64,000 nucleotides of DNA from a candidate division WOR-3 bacterium (GTDB lineage: Bacteria > SDB-A): contig JAFGSQ010000016.1 of NCBI GenBank assembly GCA_016934535.1, positions 70,685 to 134,684 on the forward strand. The letters run 5' to 3'. This document shows, in pieces, positions 9,091-18,493 of this stretch. Within the stretch, counting starts at the first letter, position 1; the number at the start of each line of letters is the position of its first letter. The notes below the pieces were generated by a model. That model was not told where the DNA came from, did not search any database, and saw nothing but the letters and a program-made list of their open reading frames with translations. The translations under genes and the position numbers were made by a program.

Positions 9091-9939
9091 TCATTTCTCC
9101 TTGCGGTCGATTATTTCGTTGTCAATGAGTCTCGTTTTACCCACAAAAGCCGCGACAACCAGCAACATCTTTCCTTCCGCTTTCCTGAGAGGTTCCAGGG
9201 TCAATGGATGGACGATTTCGGCGTAATCAGCTTCCGCTCCGTACCCGGACAAGACATCGAGCATGACCTTTTTTATTTTTAAAGGATCTTCTTCTCCGGT
9301 TTCAATTTCCTTTTTACCCGCCATAACTGCTTTTCTCAAGGACAATGCCTTTTCTCTGTTTTCGCCGGACAAATACCTGTTCCGTGAACTCATCGCCAAG
9401 CCGTCTTTTTCTCTGACAATAGGACACATTATAAGTTCGACACCTAATGCGAGGTCTTCGACCATGCGTTTTATTATCATAAATTGCTGATAATCTTTTT
9501 GCCCGAAAGCGGATACCGAAGGCTTGATTATCCCGAATAATCTCGCGACGACTGTTGTGACTCCTTTGAAATGACCCGGTCTTTTCAAACCACAAAGTCT
9601 TTCTGCTAAATTTCCAACTTCGACCGAGGTTGAAAATCCCTGCGGGTATATTTCTTTATCGTCGGGAATAAAAACATAATCACAGACGCCTTCAAGCATC
9701 TTCAAGTCGTTCTTCTCGTCTCTCGGATATCTTTCAAAATCCTCTCCAGGACAGAATTGCTTGGGATTGACATATATACTCGCCACCGCGGCGTGGCATC
9801 TATTTTCAATATGCCTGAATAGAGAAACATGACCCTCGTGAAGACTTCCCATTGTCGGAACAAAGCCCAGCCTCAAACCCTGTTTTTTGTAAAATTCCGA
9901 TATCTCCGTCATTTCAAAACGTTTTCTGACGACTTTCAA
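9091..9939 (-). CDS. panC: pantoate--beta-alanine ligase
   Basis: It has the PTMGSLHEGH HIGH-like motif and is PanC throughout. Confidence 0.9.
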   Translation of the reverse strand: MKVVRKRFEMTEISEFYKKQGLRLGFVPTMGSLHEGHVSLFRHIENRCHAAVASIYVNPKQFCPGEDFERYPRDEKNDLKMLEGVCDYVFIPDDKEIYPQGFSTSVEVGNLAERLCGLKRPGHFKGVTTVVARLFGIIKPSVSAFGQKDYQQFMIIKRMVEDLALGVELIMCPIVREKDGLAMSSRNRYLSGENREKALSLRKAVMAGKKEIETGEEDPLKIKKVMLDVLSGYGAEADYAEIVHPLTLEPLRKAEGKMLLVVAAFVGKTRLIDNEIIDRKEK

Positions 9940-10568
9940 CGGTAATCTCCTATGTTGTAAAATTTCAATCCTTCTCCAAAGTTTGAAATTTCCCTTATCA
10001 CGGCAGATGTGTCTTCGCCGTTTGATTCGTCGTAGCCGTTTATTACCATCATGTCCTGATTTGAAAGATTCAACAGGTAATCATCCATCGCCTTAAAAAG
10101 AGTTGAAAGATAATCTTTGCTGAGTTCTCTTTCGGAGATGAAACCTGATTTTGCAAGTTTGGCTTTGGCTAAAACAGGATCCGTTCGGATGTATACTATC
10201 AGATCCGGTTGGGGCAGGTTGTCGAGGAGAAGTGAAGACATATTGAGAAAAAGCGAATATTCATCGGAGTTCAGGGTACAGGATGCGTAAATTCTTCCTC
10301 TGTGCAAAGAAGCATCGGCGATGTAACATCCGCTGCCGAATATTTCAGGTTGAACGATTTTTTTAAGTATTTCTCTTCTTTCGAGAAGCAAAGAAACCTC
10401 GGCCGCAAAAGCGAAACTTCCCTCAGAAGAATAAAAATTCTTCAAAAAGGAATTCTGAGAAAAATCAGACCAATATATCCTGGCATCGAGTTCCTCCGAC
10501 AGTTTTCTGGCCAGACCGTATTTTCCAGAACAGGGCAATCCTTCCATAGAAATCATTTTAAAACGCAT
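9936..10568 (-). CDS. deoxynucleoside kinase family protein
   Basis: It has a P-loop (EGLPCSGKYG) and an ERR motif region like the dCK/dGK family, and its size is about 210 aa. Confidence 0.5.
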   Translation of the reverse strand: MRFKMISMEGLPCSGKYGLARKLSEELDARIYWSDFSQNSFLKNFYSSEGSFAFAAEVSLLLERREILKKIVQPEIFGSGCYIADASLHRGRIYASCTLNSDEYSLFLNMSSLLLDNLPQPDLIVYIRTDPVLAKAKLAKSGFISERELSKDYLSTLFKAMDDYLLNLSNQDMMVINGYDESNGEDTSAVIREISNFGEGLKFYNIGDYR

Positions 10569-10965
10569 CGATTTCCTTTCTCAATTGGTCTCTTTTCCTG
10601 AATGCGCACACTTCCACCTGGCCGACAACGCCGCCCAGGCTCGGTGAAGGTTTTTTCACTGTCACCTTTATCTCTTCAATTATGCTGAATTTTTCAAACA
10701 GAGATTCCATTATGCTCCTGGCAATCTTTTCAAGGAGGTTAAACCTGTTGTTCATGACCTCCTCTTTAACGGCCGTGTAAACTTTTCTGTAATCGAGTGT
10801 GTCCCTGAGATTGTCTGAAATCATTGCTTTATCAATATCAAGAATTATCTCCGCGTCTATTTCAATGTTTATTCCGTTGTTTCTTTCTACTTCAGCGTGT
10901 CCGTGATAAGCATAGAATTTCAGTTTTTTCAGCGAAATTCTATCCAGCATCGTTGCCCCTTTCAT
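10558..10965 (-). CDS. folB: dihydroneopterin aldolase
   Basis: The LKKLKFYAYHGHAEVERNNG sequence is the FolB signature. Confidence 0.8.
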   Translation of the reverse strand: MKGATMLDRISLKKLKFYAYHGHAEVERNNGINIEIDAEIILDIDKAMISDNLRDTLDYRKVYTAVKEEVMNNRFNLLEKIARSIMESLFEKFSIIEEIKVTVKKPSPSLGGVVGQVEVCAFRKRDQLRKEIDAF

Positions 10966-11001
10966 ATATTTCAGTTGTCTGATAGAATATCACAAAAGAA
11001 T

Positions 11002-11382
11002 ATGAATTCAAGAATTTTATCAATAGACCCGGGACGAAAAAAGTGCGGAGTTTCCATTTCAGACGAAACGTGCGTTATTTCCAGACCTTTGATGACTGTA
11101 GAAAGAGACAAGCTTTTCGAAATCCTCGCCAAGCTAATTGAAGAATACTGCGTCGCTGAAGTTGTTGTTGGCCAGACAATGACTCTTAACGGCCCATATA
11201 AACCTTCCGCTCGTCTCGCCGAAAAAATAAGAAAAGAATTCAGAATTAAAGTCTCTCTTTACGACGAGAACCTCTCAACAAAAAGAGCGAAAGAAATAAA
11301 ATCGAAAAAACACGGCGACGATGCGCTTTCTGCCGCCGTAATACTCCAGGATTATCTCAATGAAAATAATTCGGCAAAATAG
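11002..11382 (+). CDS. ruvX: Holliday junction resolvase-like protein RuvX/YqgF
   Basis: The N-terminus (ILSIDPGRKKCGVSISD) is YqgF-like. I placed the start at the internal ATG at 11002; the upstream extension of the ORF is unlikely to be coding. Confidence 0.85.
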   Translation: MNSRILSIDPGRKKCGVSISDETCVISRPLMTVERDKLFEILAKLIEEYCVAEVVVGQTMTLNGPYKPSARLAEKIRKEFRIKVSLYDENLSTKRAKEIKSKKHGDDALSAAVILQDYLNENNSAK

Positions 11383-12379
11383 GATTTTTTTCCCCTTTCC
11401 TTTTTTGGTTCAGCTGTTTTTTATATCTTGTAAAATGCTGAATTTATCTCAGAGCTTCACAGTTAACGGATCCGATTCAGTGATCTTCGAAATCAAAAGC
11501 GGTTCCTCCGTCGACGAAATAATGGACGATCTGGAAAAAAAAGGCGTTCTTCTCAGAAACGACAGGCAGTATTTCCTCAGATCCATAATCAGAAACGGCA
11601 AAGACAGATCAATTGCAAGCGGCAATTACCTTCTGCCCGTTCCTTCCAATCCCGAATCCCTGGCTTTGATTCTCGAAAGAGGTCCCGTTAAAAAATATGT
11701 CACAATACCTGAAGGTTTGACGATTGAACAGACGGCTTCCATTTTAAGCACAAAAGCAAATTGCGACAGCGCGGAATTTATCAAACTTTGCACTCAAACG
11801 GAAATGATATCCGCAGTATTTTCCGGAGACCGCTTCCGATCCGATCTACCCTCCTCTCTCGAAGGATTTCTTTTCCCGTCGACGTATGACTTCGGTTTCG
11901 GGGCATCTCCCGCCGAGGCCATACAAGAAATGGTTTTCCTTTATTTTACCGTCATCGATTCCGTTGAAAGACCTCAAATTATGATTTTGAACGATTACGA
12001 AGTCCTCATTCTCGCTTCCATGATTGAGAAAGAAGCCAAAGTTGATGAAGAAAGAGAAGTAATTTCTTCCGTTTACATCAATCGCCTTACAGCCGGAATG
12101 CCTCTTCAGTGTGACGCGACAATCCTTTACGCCTTGGGCGGACACAGAGAAAAAATATATTTCAGAGACCTTGAAATCAACTCTCCTTACAACACATATC
12201 TTTACAAGGGGCTTCCGCCGACACCGATATGCAATCCCGGAAAAAAATCCATTGAAGCGGCTTACTGTCCATCAGAAACAGATTATTTTTACTATGTGGC
12301 AAAAAAAGACGGAACACACATTTTTTCAAAAACTTACACCGAACATATAAGAGCTGTCAACAGCGTCAGAAACAATTGA
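11360..12379 (+). CDS. mltG: endolytic murein transglycosylase MltG (YceG family)
   Basis: It has an N-terminal TM segment and the YceG signature near the C-terminus (ILYALGG...YNTYLYKGLPPTPICNPG). Confidence 0.85.
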   Translation: MKIIRQNRIFFPFPFLVQLFFISCKMLNLSQSFTVNGSDSVIFEIKSGSSVDEIMDDLEKKGVLLRNDRQYFLRSIIRNGKDRSIASGNYLLPVPSNPESLALILERGPVKKYVTIPEGLTIEQTASILSTKANCDSAEFIKLCTQTEMISAVFSGDRFRSDLPSSLEGFLFPSTYDFGFGASPAEAIQEMVFLYFTVIDSVERPQIMILNDYEVLILASMIEKEAKVDEEREVISSVYINRLTAGMPLQCDATILYALGGHREKIYFRDLEINSPYNTYLYKGLPPTPICNPGKKSIEAAYCPSETDYFYYVAKKDGTHIFSKTYTEHIRAVNSVRNN

Positions 12380-12392
12380 ACGAGAGGCGGTC

Positions 12393-13955
12393 ATGTTTAT
12401 TCTCGGATCTGAACAAATAAAAGAGGCAGACAGAAAGGCGATCGAAGAGACGGGAATTCACCCTCTCGCGATGATGGAAAATGCCGGAAGAGCCGTGGCT
12501 GTCGCGGCAATAAATAATTGGAATTTACATGACTGCGATGAAGTCTTAATTCTAGCAGGAAAAGGGAACAACGGCGGTGACGCCTTGGTTTGCGCAAGGT
12601 TTTTAACCAATTTTGGGATCAAAACAAATGTTTTTTGTGTTTTCGATCCTTCTCTATTCTCAAAAGATGCGGAAATTCAGTACGGGATACTCAAAAGAAT
12701 CGGAATAACCTTGAATGAACTCTCTGTGTCAAATTTTAAAGAAAAATTTGAAGACAGTCTTTTTAACTCGCACCTTGTGATAGACGGAATTTTCGGGACG
12801 GGATTCAAAGGTCCGGTCACGGGTTTGCCTTCGGTTATCATTGATTCGGTCAACAAAGCTAAAAAGCCGGTACTTTCAATCGACATACCAAGCGGAGTCA
12901 ATTCTGACGACGGTTCTGTGAAAGGGACAGCCGTGAGAGCCAGTATCACAGTTACTTTCGCCTGCCCGAAAAAAGGACACTTCTCTATATCAGGAAAAGA
13001 ACATTCCGGAAGAATAATAGTCGCCGATATAGGATTACCAGGATCAATCGTCGAACAGCTTCACGATTCAGAACTCCTGACAACTGACTACGTCAGAAAA
13101 GTCATACCGGCCAGAAATGACACATGGCACAAGGGACAGTTCGGTAAAATACTCGTTGTCGGCGGGTCTGCATGCATGCCGGGAGCCCCTTTCCTCGCGG
13201 GCAAAGCGGCCTTCAAGACCGGAGCAGGTTTCGTCACTCTCGCCGTGCCGTCTGATATAATCGGCAATCCGTTCGGTTTTGAAGAGGCGACTTACTTCTG
13301 CGCGAACGACGGACCGTATCTGACCATGAAAGGTGCGAAAAGAATAATCGAACTGTCGGAGAATTACGACGCGGCCGTAATTGGTCCCGGCCTCGGCAGG
13401 GAAAAAGAAACCGCTTCAGCCGCCGCGGAAATACTGCTCGAATCAAAAATTCCGGCTGTCGTCGACGCTGACGCCCTGCATGCTGTTGTCCCTTTTCTGA
13501 AGAATGTCTCCGGGAGAAAACACACTGTGCTGACACCGCATTTAGGTGAATTCAGCGCTTTGACAGGACTCCCTACTGAAGAAATTAATAAGGATCCGGC
13601 CGGCCAAGTTCTGCGTTTTGCAGAAAAATACTCACTTACAATTCATTTGAAAGGTCCTCTCGGGAGAGTGACTTGCGGCAGTACATTGATGACCGCTGTG
13701 AATCCGGTGATGGAAAGCGCTCTCGCCACAGCTGGAAGCGGCGACGTTCTTTCGGGCATAATCGCCGCTCTCCTTGGAAAAACTTTTGACGCTTTCAAAA
13801 GCACCGGAGCAGGAGTTTTTATACACGCAGTATCCGGGATTATTGCGAGAGAAAAGTTTTATGCCGTTACTGCTTCCGACATTTACCGAAGTATTCCGGA
13901 CGCGATAAAAGCCGTCATAGAAAACAGAGACTTCGGATTTATAGATACAATTTAA
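12393..13955 (+). CDS. nnr: bifunctional NAD(P)H-hydrate epimerase / ADP-dependent dehydratase
   Basis: It has a YjeF-N domain (LAGKGNNGGDALV) and a YjeF-C carbohydrate-kinase domain (GSGDVLSG). Confidence 0.85.
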   Translation: MFILGSEQIKEADRKAIEETGIHPLAMMENAGRAVAVAAINNWNLHDCDEVLILAGKGNNGGDALVCARFLTNFGIKTNVFCVFDPSLFSKDAEIQYGILKRIGITLNELSVSNFKEKFEDSLFNSHLVIDGIFGTGFKGPVTGLPSVIIDSVNKAKKPVLSIDIPSGVNSDDGSVKGTAVRASITVTFACPKKGHFSISGKEHSGRIIVADIGLPGSIVEQLHDSELLTTDYVRKVIPARNDTWHKGQFGKILVVGGSACMPGAPFLAGKAAFKTGAGFVTLAVPSDIIGNPFGFEEATYFCANDGPYLTMKGAKRIIELSENYDAAVIGPGLGREKETASAAAEILLESKIPAVVDADALHAVVPFLKNVSGRKHTVLTPHLGEFSALTGLPTEEINKDPAGQVLRFAEKYSLTIHLKGPLGRVTCGSTLMTAVNPVMESALATAGSGDVLSGIIAALLGKTFDAFKSTGAGVFIHAVSGIIAREKFYAVTASDIYRSIPDAIKAVIENRDFGFIDTI

Positions 13956-15943
13956 TGAATTTTAGCAAAAACAGAAAATATTATTTCGTTTCAGCGTTTT
14001 TAGCCCTGGCGATACTGATCTTTTTTTCTTTTTTTTCAAAATCACTGCTTATAAAATCTGTCGACAAAATCCTTCGATCACGCGGAGTCGAAGCCTCACG
14101 GATCGCATTCCGGTTCCCTCTATTTTTTACTCTCAAAGACGTGAAATTTACAGAGGCAAACAGATTTGAAGGCGGATACGCGGAAGAAATTTCTTTCGCG
14201 CTTTCCCTACCGGATCCGGGAAAGATAAAGTTTTTATCTGTCGAAGATTTCCGAATTCCGTTTGCCAGCCGGATGAAAACAGGTGAAAGCGGAGATATTT
14301 CAGTTTCCGGCAGAAATATTCCTGACGAAATAAGACTGAAAAACGGGATCATAGAATTTTCAGGGCGTGAAATTATTGTGGATTCTTTTTCAGTGAAAAC
14401 GCAAGAAGATTCTCTCACGGGATATTTCAGTTCTTCTGGATCATTTTGCACTATTAACCTGCGTGATTCATCCGGAGTCTATCTTTTGTCAGCGCGGTCC
14501 AAAGACACTATAAAAATCTCTGAATACATGAACTTAAGCGGCTTCTCACTGAAAGCTGAAATTACAAGCGGTTCAATAAAAGGAAGCGTAAGAGGGAACT
14601 TTTCGACTTCGTTTTTCGGCGGGATCGAAACAACCTTAGAAGATAAAATCGAGATTGATTTTTCAGCTTCCCCCGCTGTCTTCTCACTTCCCAACAGAGG
14701 TGTTCGTGTCTCGACCAGTGAAGACTGTCTGATGATATCAGCCGACAGTTTCTTTTCACCGATCAAACCTCACGAAAAATTCGAGATAATATCATACAGC
14801 GTTTCCGGAAATTTGAGATTTTGCATAAAAGAAGGATTGTTCCTCGTAGATGCCGACTCTCTGAAAGTTTCAAACCTTCGGGTTCATTCACGTTTCATCT
14901 GCCGGGACACAGTGACTTTCAGCAGTTTGAACATACCATTGGCGCGGCTGTCGATTTCCTTTGATGACAGTTTAGTCGAAATTGACACTTTTGTCTTCGC
15001 TTTAGACAATTCTGATGTTTCGATCAACGGTTTTGTTGATTATTCCGACTCAGTGAGACTCCGGATTTCTTTCTGCGGAGAAAAAATCTCAGTCGAGGAC
15101 ATCATCAACTTTGTACCTGATGAACTTCTTCCGAATCTTTCCGGAATAAGCGGAAGAGGAGATTTCGATGTCTCGGGATATTTTTATTACGTTTCCTGCT
15201 TTCCAGAAAGCACAGATTTCGGCATCGGTTCTGTTTTCCGTGGAGTGTCAATAGATCACTTCGGACCGAAAATAGACATGGACACTTTTTCAAGACCTTT
15301 CGTCGCCACCGTCAGGATCGGTTCTTCGAAAGGTGAAAAGATAGCTCTCGGTATTCACAACCCGAATTTTGTGCCCATTGAAAATTTGCCCCAGTCTCTC
15401 ATCGGCGCCGTACTGGTTTGCGAAGACGGATCGTTTTTCAGCCACAGGGGATTCAGTCTTTTCCATATAAGAAGAGCCATGAGAGAAAACCTCAGCGCCG
15501 GCAGATACATAAGCGGCGGAAGCACTATAACGATGCAGTTGGCCAGAAATCTATTCCTGTCGGACGAAAGAAGCCTTTCAAGAAAACTCGAAGAAGCGGT
15601 GCTCACCTGGCAGTTGGAAAAACACCTCTCAAAGAAAAGAATACTTGAAATTTATCTGAATATTATCGAATTCGGTCCCGGAATCAGAGGAGTACAGGAG
15701 GCGTCAAAAGAATATTTCGGAACTGACGCCTCAAATCTTGATCCTCTTCAATCAGCGTATTTCGCCAGTATTATACCAAACCCCAGAAGATATTATCAGA
15801 TTCAATTCGAAAGAGGCTCCATCTCGCCGTACTGGCACCAGAAACTTGTCAGAATTATGGAACTGGAACTGGCAAGAAATTACATCGATTCAACCGCTTT
15901 CGACAGTTTCTCCGCAATTGATTTGGAATTCATTGATCGATAA
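13955..15943 (+). CDS. membrane protein with a large N-terminal beta-rich domain fused to a C-terminal GT51 peptidoglycan transglycosylase (MtgA-like) domain
   Basis: The C-terminal 200 aa carries the GT51 motifs EDGSFFSHRG, GGSTITMQLARN and RKLEEAVLTWQLEKHLSKKRILEIYLN. It has an N-terminal TM helix followed by a roughly 420-aa repetitive region of unknown function. Confidence 0.75.
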   Translation: MNFSKNRKYYFVSAFLALAILIFFSFFSKSLLIKSVDKILRSRGVEASRIAFRFPLFFTLKDVKFTEANRFEGGYAEEISFALSLPDPGKIKFLSVEDFRIPFASRMKTGESGDISVSGRNIPDEIRLKNGIIEFSGREIIVDSFSVKTQEDSLTGYFSSSGSFCTINLRDSSGVYLLSARSKDTIKISEYMNLSGFSLKAEITSGSIKGSVRGNFSTSFFGGIETTLEDKIEIDFSASPAVFSLPNRGVRVSTSEDCLMISADSFFSPIKPHEKFEIISYSVSGNLRFCIKEGLFLVDADSLKVSNLRVHSRFICRDTVTFSSLNIPLARLSISFDDSLVEIDTFVFALDNSDVSINGFVDYSDSVRLRISFCGEKISVEDIINFVPDELLPNLSGISGRGDFDVSGYFYYVSCFPESTDFGIGSVFRGVSIDHFGPKIDMDTFSRPFVATVRIGSSKGEKIALGIHNPNFVPIENLPQSLIGAVLVCEDGSFFSHRGFSLFHIRRAMRENLSAGRYISGGSTITMQLARNLFLSDERSLSRKLEEAVLTWQLEKHLSKKRILEIYLNIIEFGPGIRGVQEASKEYFGTDASNLDPLQSAYFASIIPNPRRYYQIQFERGSISPYWHQKLVRIMELELARNYIDSTAFDSFSAIDLEFIDR

Positions 15944-15946
15944 ATT

Positions 15947-16019
15947 TGCTGGGGGACAGAATCGAACTGTCCACACCGGGATTTTCAGTCCCGTGCTCTA
16001 CCTACTGAGCTACCCCAGC
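15947..16019 (-). tRNA. tRNA-Phe (anticodon GAA)
   Basis: The reverse complement, GCTGGGGTAGCTCAGTAGGTAGAGCACGGGACTGAAAATCCCGGTGTGGACAGTTCGATTCTGTCCCCCAGCA, folds as a cloverleaf with anticodon loop CTGAAAA. No CCA is encoded. Confidence 0.85.
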
Positions 16020-16114
16020 AAAAGAAAAACGATTCTATAACATAGCCGAATGATTGTCAATAATAATGAAACAAAAAAATGGACACCAAGCCTTAAAAAC
16101 TTTATCATCCCTGT

Positions 16115-17065
16115 ATGATTAGAATTTCGAGCGTTTTCGTTATCCCGGCTTCTTTGATTTTCCTTTGTTTGTCCTGCACACAGCCCGCAGATCCGTCATA
16201 TAAGGGTCCCGTAATTGAAAGTGTCAGCGGCCGCCATGTTTTCATTCTGTCGGAACCTTGTTCCCTCAAGATATATGTTTCCGACGAGAAACACTCTTCC
16301 ATAGAGATCAGATCTATTACAGGAGAAGACACCTCTCAATGGATGAATTCTTTTCCTTCCAATCAGGATTTCTACATGGAATTGAATCAACCGGACACGG
16401 GCTTCAACTCCGTAACACTGCAGGCGAGAAATCCTGATGAAATGACTTCTTCCTGGTCCGACCCGTTTATTTTTTTCGCGGCGGCGGACTCGCTTTATTT
16501 TTATGATGATTTCAACACACAGGACACATTTCTCGACACGTCCGTATGGACATTCGGCACGAGCGGCAACGCCGTAATAAAGATCGGCGACTGTGATCAA
16601 AGAAGGGCGGTTTTATTTTACGACCCTCTGATAGGTTCGAGCTGGATTACAGCCTACGCCTACATTCCGTTGGCGGATTCCGGTTCGATTTCATTTTCAG
16701 TTTTCATTCCTTCGTCTGCTTCTGCGGACGAAAGCAATTTACTGTCTTTCCGGACATTTCCCTATAACTGGGACTGGCCCTCCCGGGGAATGCATTTCGG
16801 GATAGTTTCAGATTCACTCTGCTACAAATACGGAACCACGTGGAACAAACTTGCTTCCATCCCCAGAGGGCAATGGAACGATATATCTGTTGTATACAGC
16901 TCCATGTCGAAAAAGTATTCTTTTTTAATTAATCAAACCCAACTGAATGTGCCCATTGATTTTGACGGTTCCGGCACGGACAACATTCTCTTCCAGATAC
17001 TTTGCCCGGATAACGCCTTCAGGGACAGTATTTGGCTTGACGACCTCTCTTTCAGGCTTCTTTGA
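16115..17065 (+). CDS. hypothetical lipoprotein (first gene of the dacB operon)
   Basis: It has a signal peptide with a lipobox (FLCLSC). I recognise no family. Confidence 0.5.
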   Translation: MIRISSVFVIPASLIFLCLSCTQPADPSYKGPVIESVSGRHVFILSEPCSLKIYVSDEKHSSIEIRSITGEDTSQWMNSFPSNQDFYMELNQPDTGFNSVTLQARNPDEMTSSWSDPFIFFAAADSLYFYDDFNTQDTFLDTSVWTFGTSGNAVIKIGDCDQRRAVLFYDPLIGSSWITAYAYIPLADSGSISFSVFIPSSASADESNLLSFRTFPYNWDWPSRGMHFGIVSDSLCYKYGTTWNKLASIPRGQWNDISVVYSSMSKKYSFLINQTQLNVPIDFDGSGTDNILFQILCPDNAFRDSIWLDDLSFRLL

Positions 17066-17103
17066 ATACCGATTCTTAATCTACTTCATGCGCTGTTTGT
17101 GTA

Positions 17104-18492
17104 TTGATTTACTCTCATCCATGGGATAAAATGCTCATTATGCTTAACCATCTTCTTGTGTTCTTTTTTCTCACTTCTGCCGTTAATTCGTCGAAAATTG
17201 ACGGCTTTATAAGATCTTTGGGACCAGTACATTCAGGTATTCATTGCGTCAACACTAAAACGGGTGAATCAGTTTATTCTTACAACCAGGATTTCCTGTT
17301 CGTGCCGGCTTCGGTTCAGAAACTTCTGACGGTAGCGGGATCGTTTTTCATACTCGGCACCGATTACAGATTTTCGACCTATCTCCTCTGCGATTCTATC
17401 AGATCCGACACCGTTTACAATCTCGTTTTAAGAGGATCGGGAGATCCTTCGTTAGATTTAAAATCCATAGAACTCCTCGTCAAACACCTGAAATCCATTG
17501 ACATTAATAATATTCAAGGAGATATTTGCACGTATTCACGCGATCTCGACACACTTCCTCTCGGCGTCGGCTGGATGTGGGACGAAGGTTATTACGCTTA
17601 CAGTGCGAGAATTTCGGCTTTGAGCTGCTGTGGGAATTACGTTACTGTCAAAGCTGCCGTGACTGATGGAAGGATAACTTATGACATAATGCCGAAATCT
17701 GACTTCGTCGAATTGGTAAATCTTCTCGCTCCGGGAACCGAAAACAAATACACCGTCGAAAGATACTTCGACGGAGAAATTAACATCATTGTACTCTCCG
17801 GTACTCTCAAAACCCCTATCGAGAGAACAGTGAATTTGGAAAGGCCGGACCTTTTCACGGGACACCTATTTATGAGAGCCGCAATCGAAAGCGGGATATC
17901 CTTCCAAGGAATGGTACGATCCATACAGACCCTGCCTGCAGTTTATGAAACGGCTGCTGTTTTTGTATCCCCGCCTCTTTTCGCCCTGTCAGACAGCATA
18001 TTGAATTACAGTCTCAATCTCTCGTCAGAACTATTGTTGAGAAAGATTGCCTCTCTGAACTCTTTGGGAGCGTCTTCTCTCGAAGGCATATCCCTCATTT
18101 TCCAGAAATTCAGTTATTTAGGCCTCTCAACGTCAGGTATTGTGTCAAAAGACGGTTGTGGTCTGTCGAGATACAATCTTCTTTCACCAAGATTCCTGAC
18201 TTCTCTTCTCTCTCTGATGTTAAAACAACCCGGTACGTCTAATCTTTTTTTCAATTGCCTTCCGATAATGGGCAGGGAGGGCACCGTGAACAACAGACTT
18301 CGCAGAATTTCTGAAGACAGAGCGAGAGCAAAAACTGGAACTTTGTCAGGCATATCAACTATAGCCGGCTACATTGTAACGAAAAGGCAGGACACTCTTT
18401 CTTTCGCTATTATGATGAATAATTTTTCTATATCCCAAAACCAGATAAAAAATGTTCAGGACAGTATTATCCTCGAACTGATGAACTACTGA
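17104..18492 (+). CDS. dacB: D-alanyl-D-alanine carboxypeptidase/endopeptidase, PBP4 (peptidase S13) family
   Basis: It has the SVQK (SxxK) and KTGT motifs and S13-like organisation throughout. Confidence 0.8.
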   Translation: MIYSHPWDKMLIMLNHLLVFFFLTSAVNSSKIDGFIRSLGPVHSGIHCVNTKTGESVYSYNQDFLFVPASVQKLLTVAGSFFILGTDYRFSTYLLCDSIRSDTVYNLVLRGSGDPSLDLKSIELLVKHLKSIDINNIQGDICTYSRDLDTLPLGVGWMWDEGYYAYSARISALSCCGNYVTVKAAVTDGRITYDIMPKSDFVELVNLLAPGTENKYTVERYFDGEINIIVLSGTLKTPIERTVNLERPDLFTGHLFMRAAIESGISFQGMVRSIQTLPAVYETAAVFVSPPLFALSDSILNYSLNLSSELLLRKIASLNSLGASSLEGISLIFQKFSYLGLSTSGIVSKDGCGLSRYNLLSPRFLTSLLSLMLKQPGTSNLFFNCLPIMGREGTVNNRLRRISEDRARAKTGTLSGISTIAGYIVTKRQDTLSFAIMMNNFSISQNQIKNVQDSIILELMNY

Positions 18493-18493
18493 A

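Noticed and set aside
13120-13140. TGGCAC-containing sequences inside coding regions (e.g. 13126, 54866) as sigma-54 promoters
   Set aside because: They lack the TTGC -12 element at correct spacing and lie inside genes.
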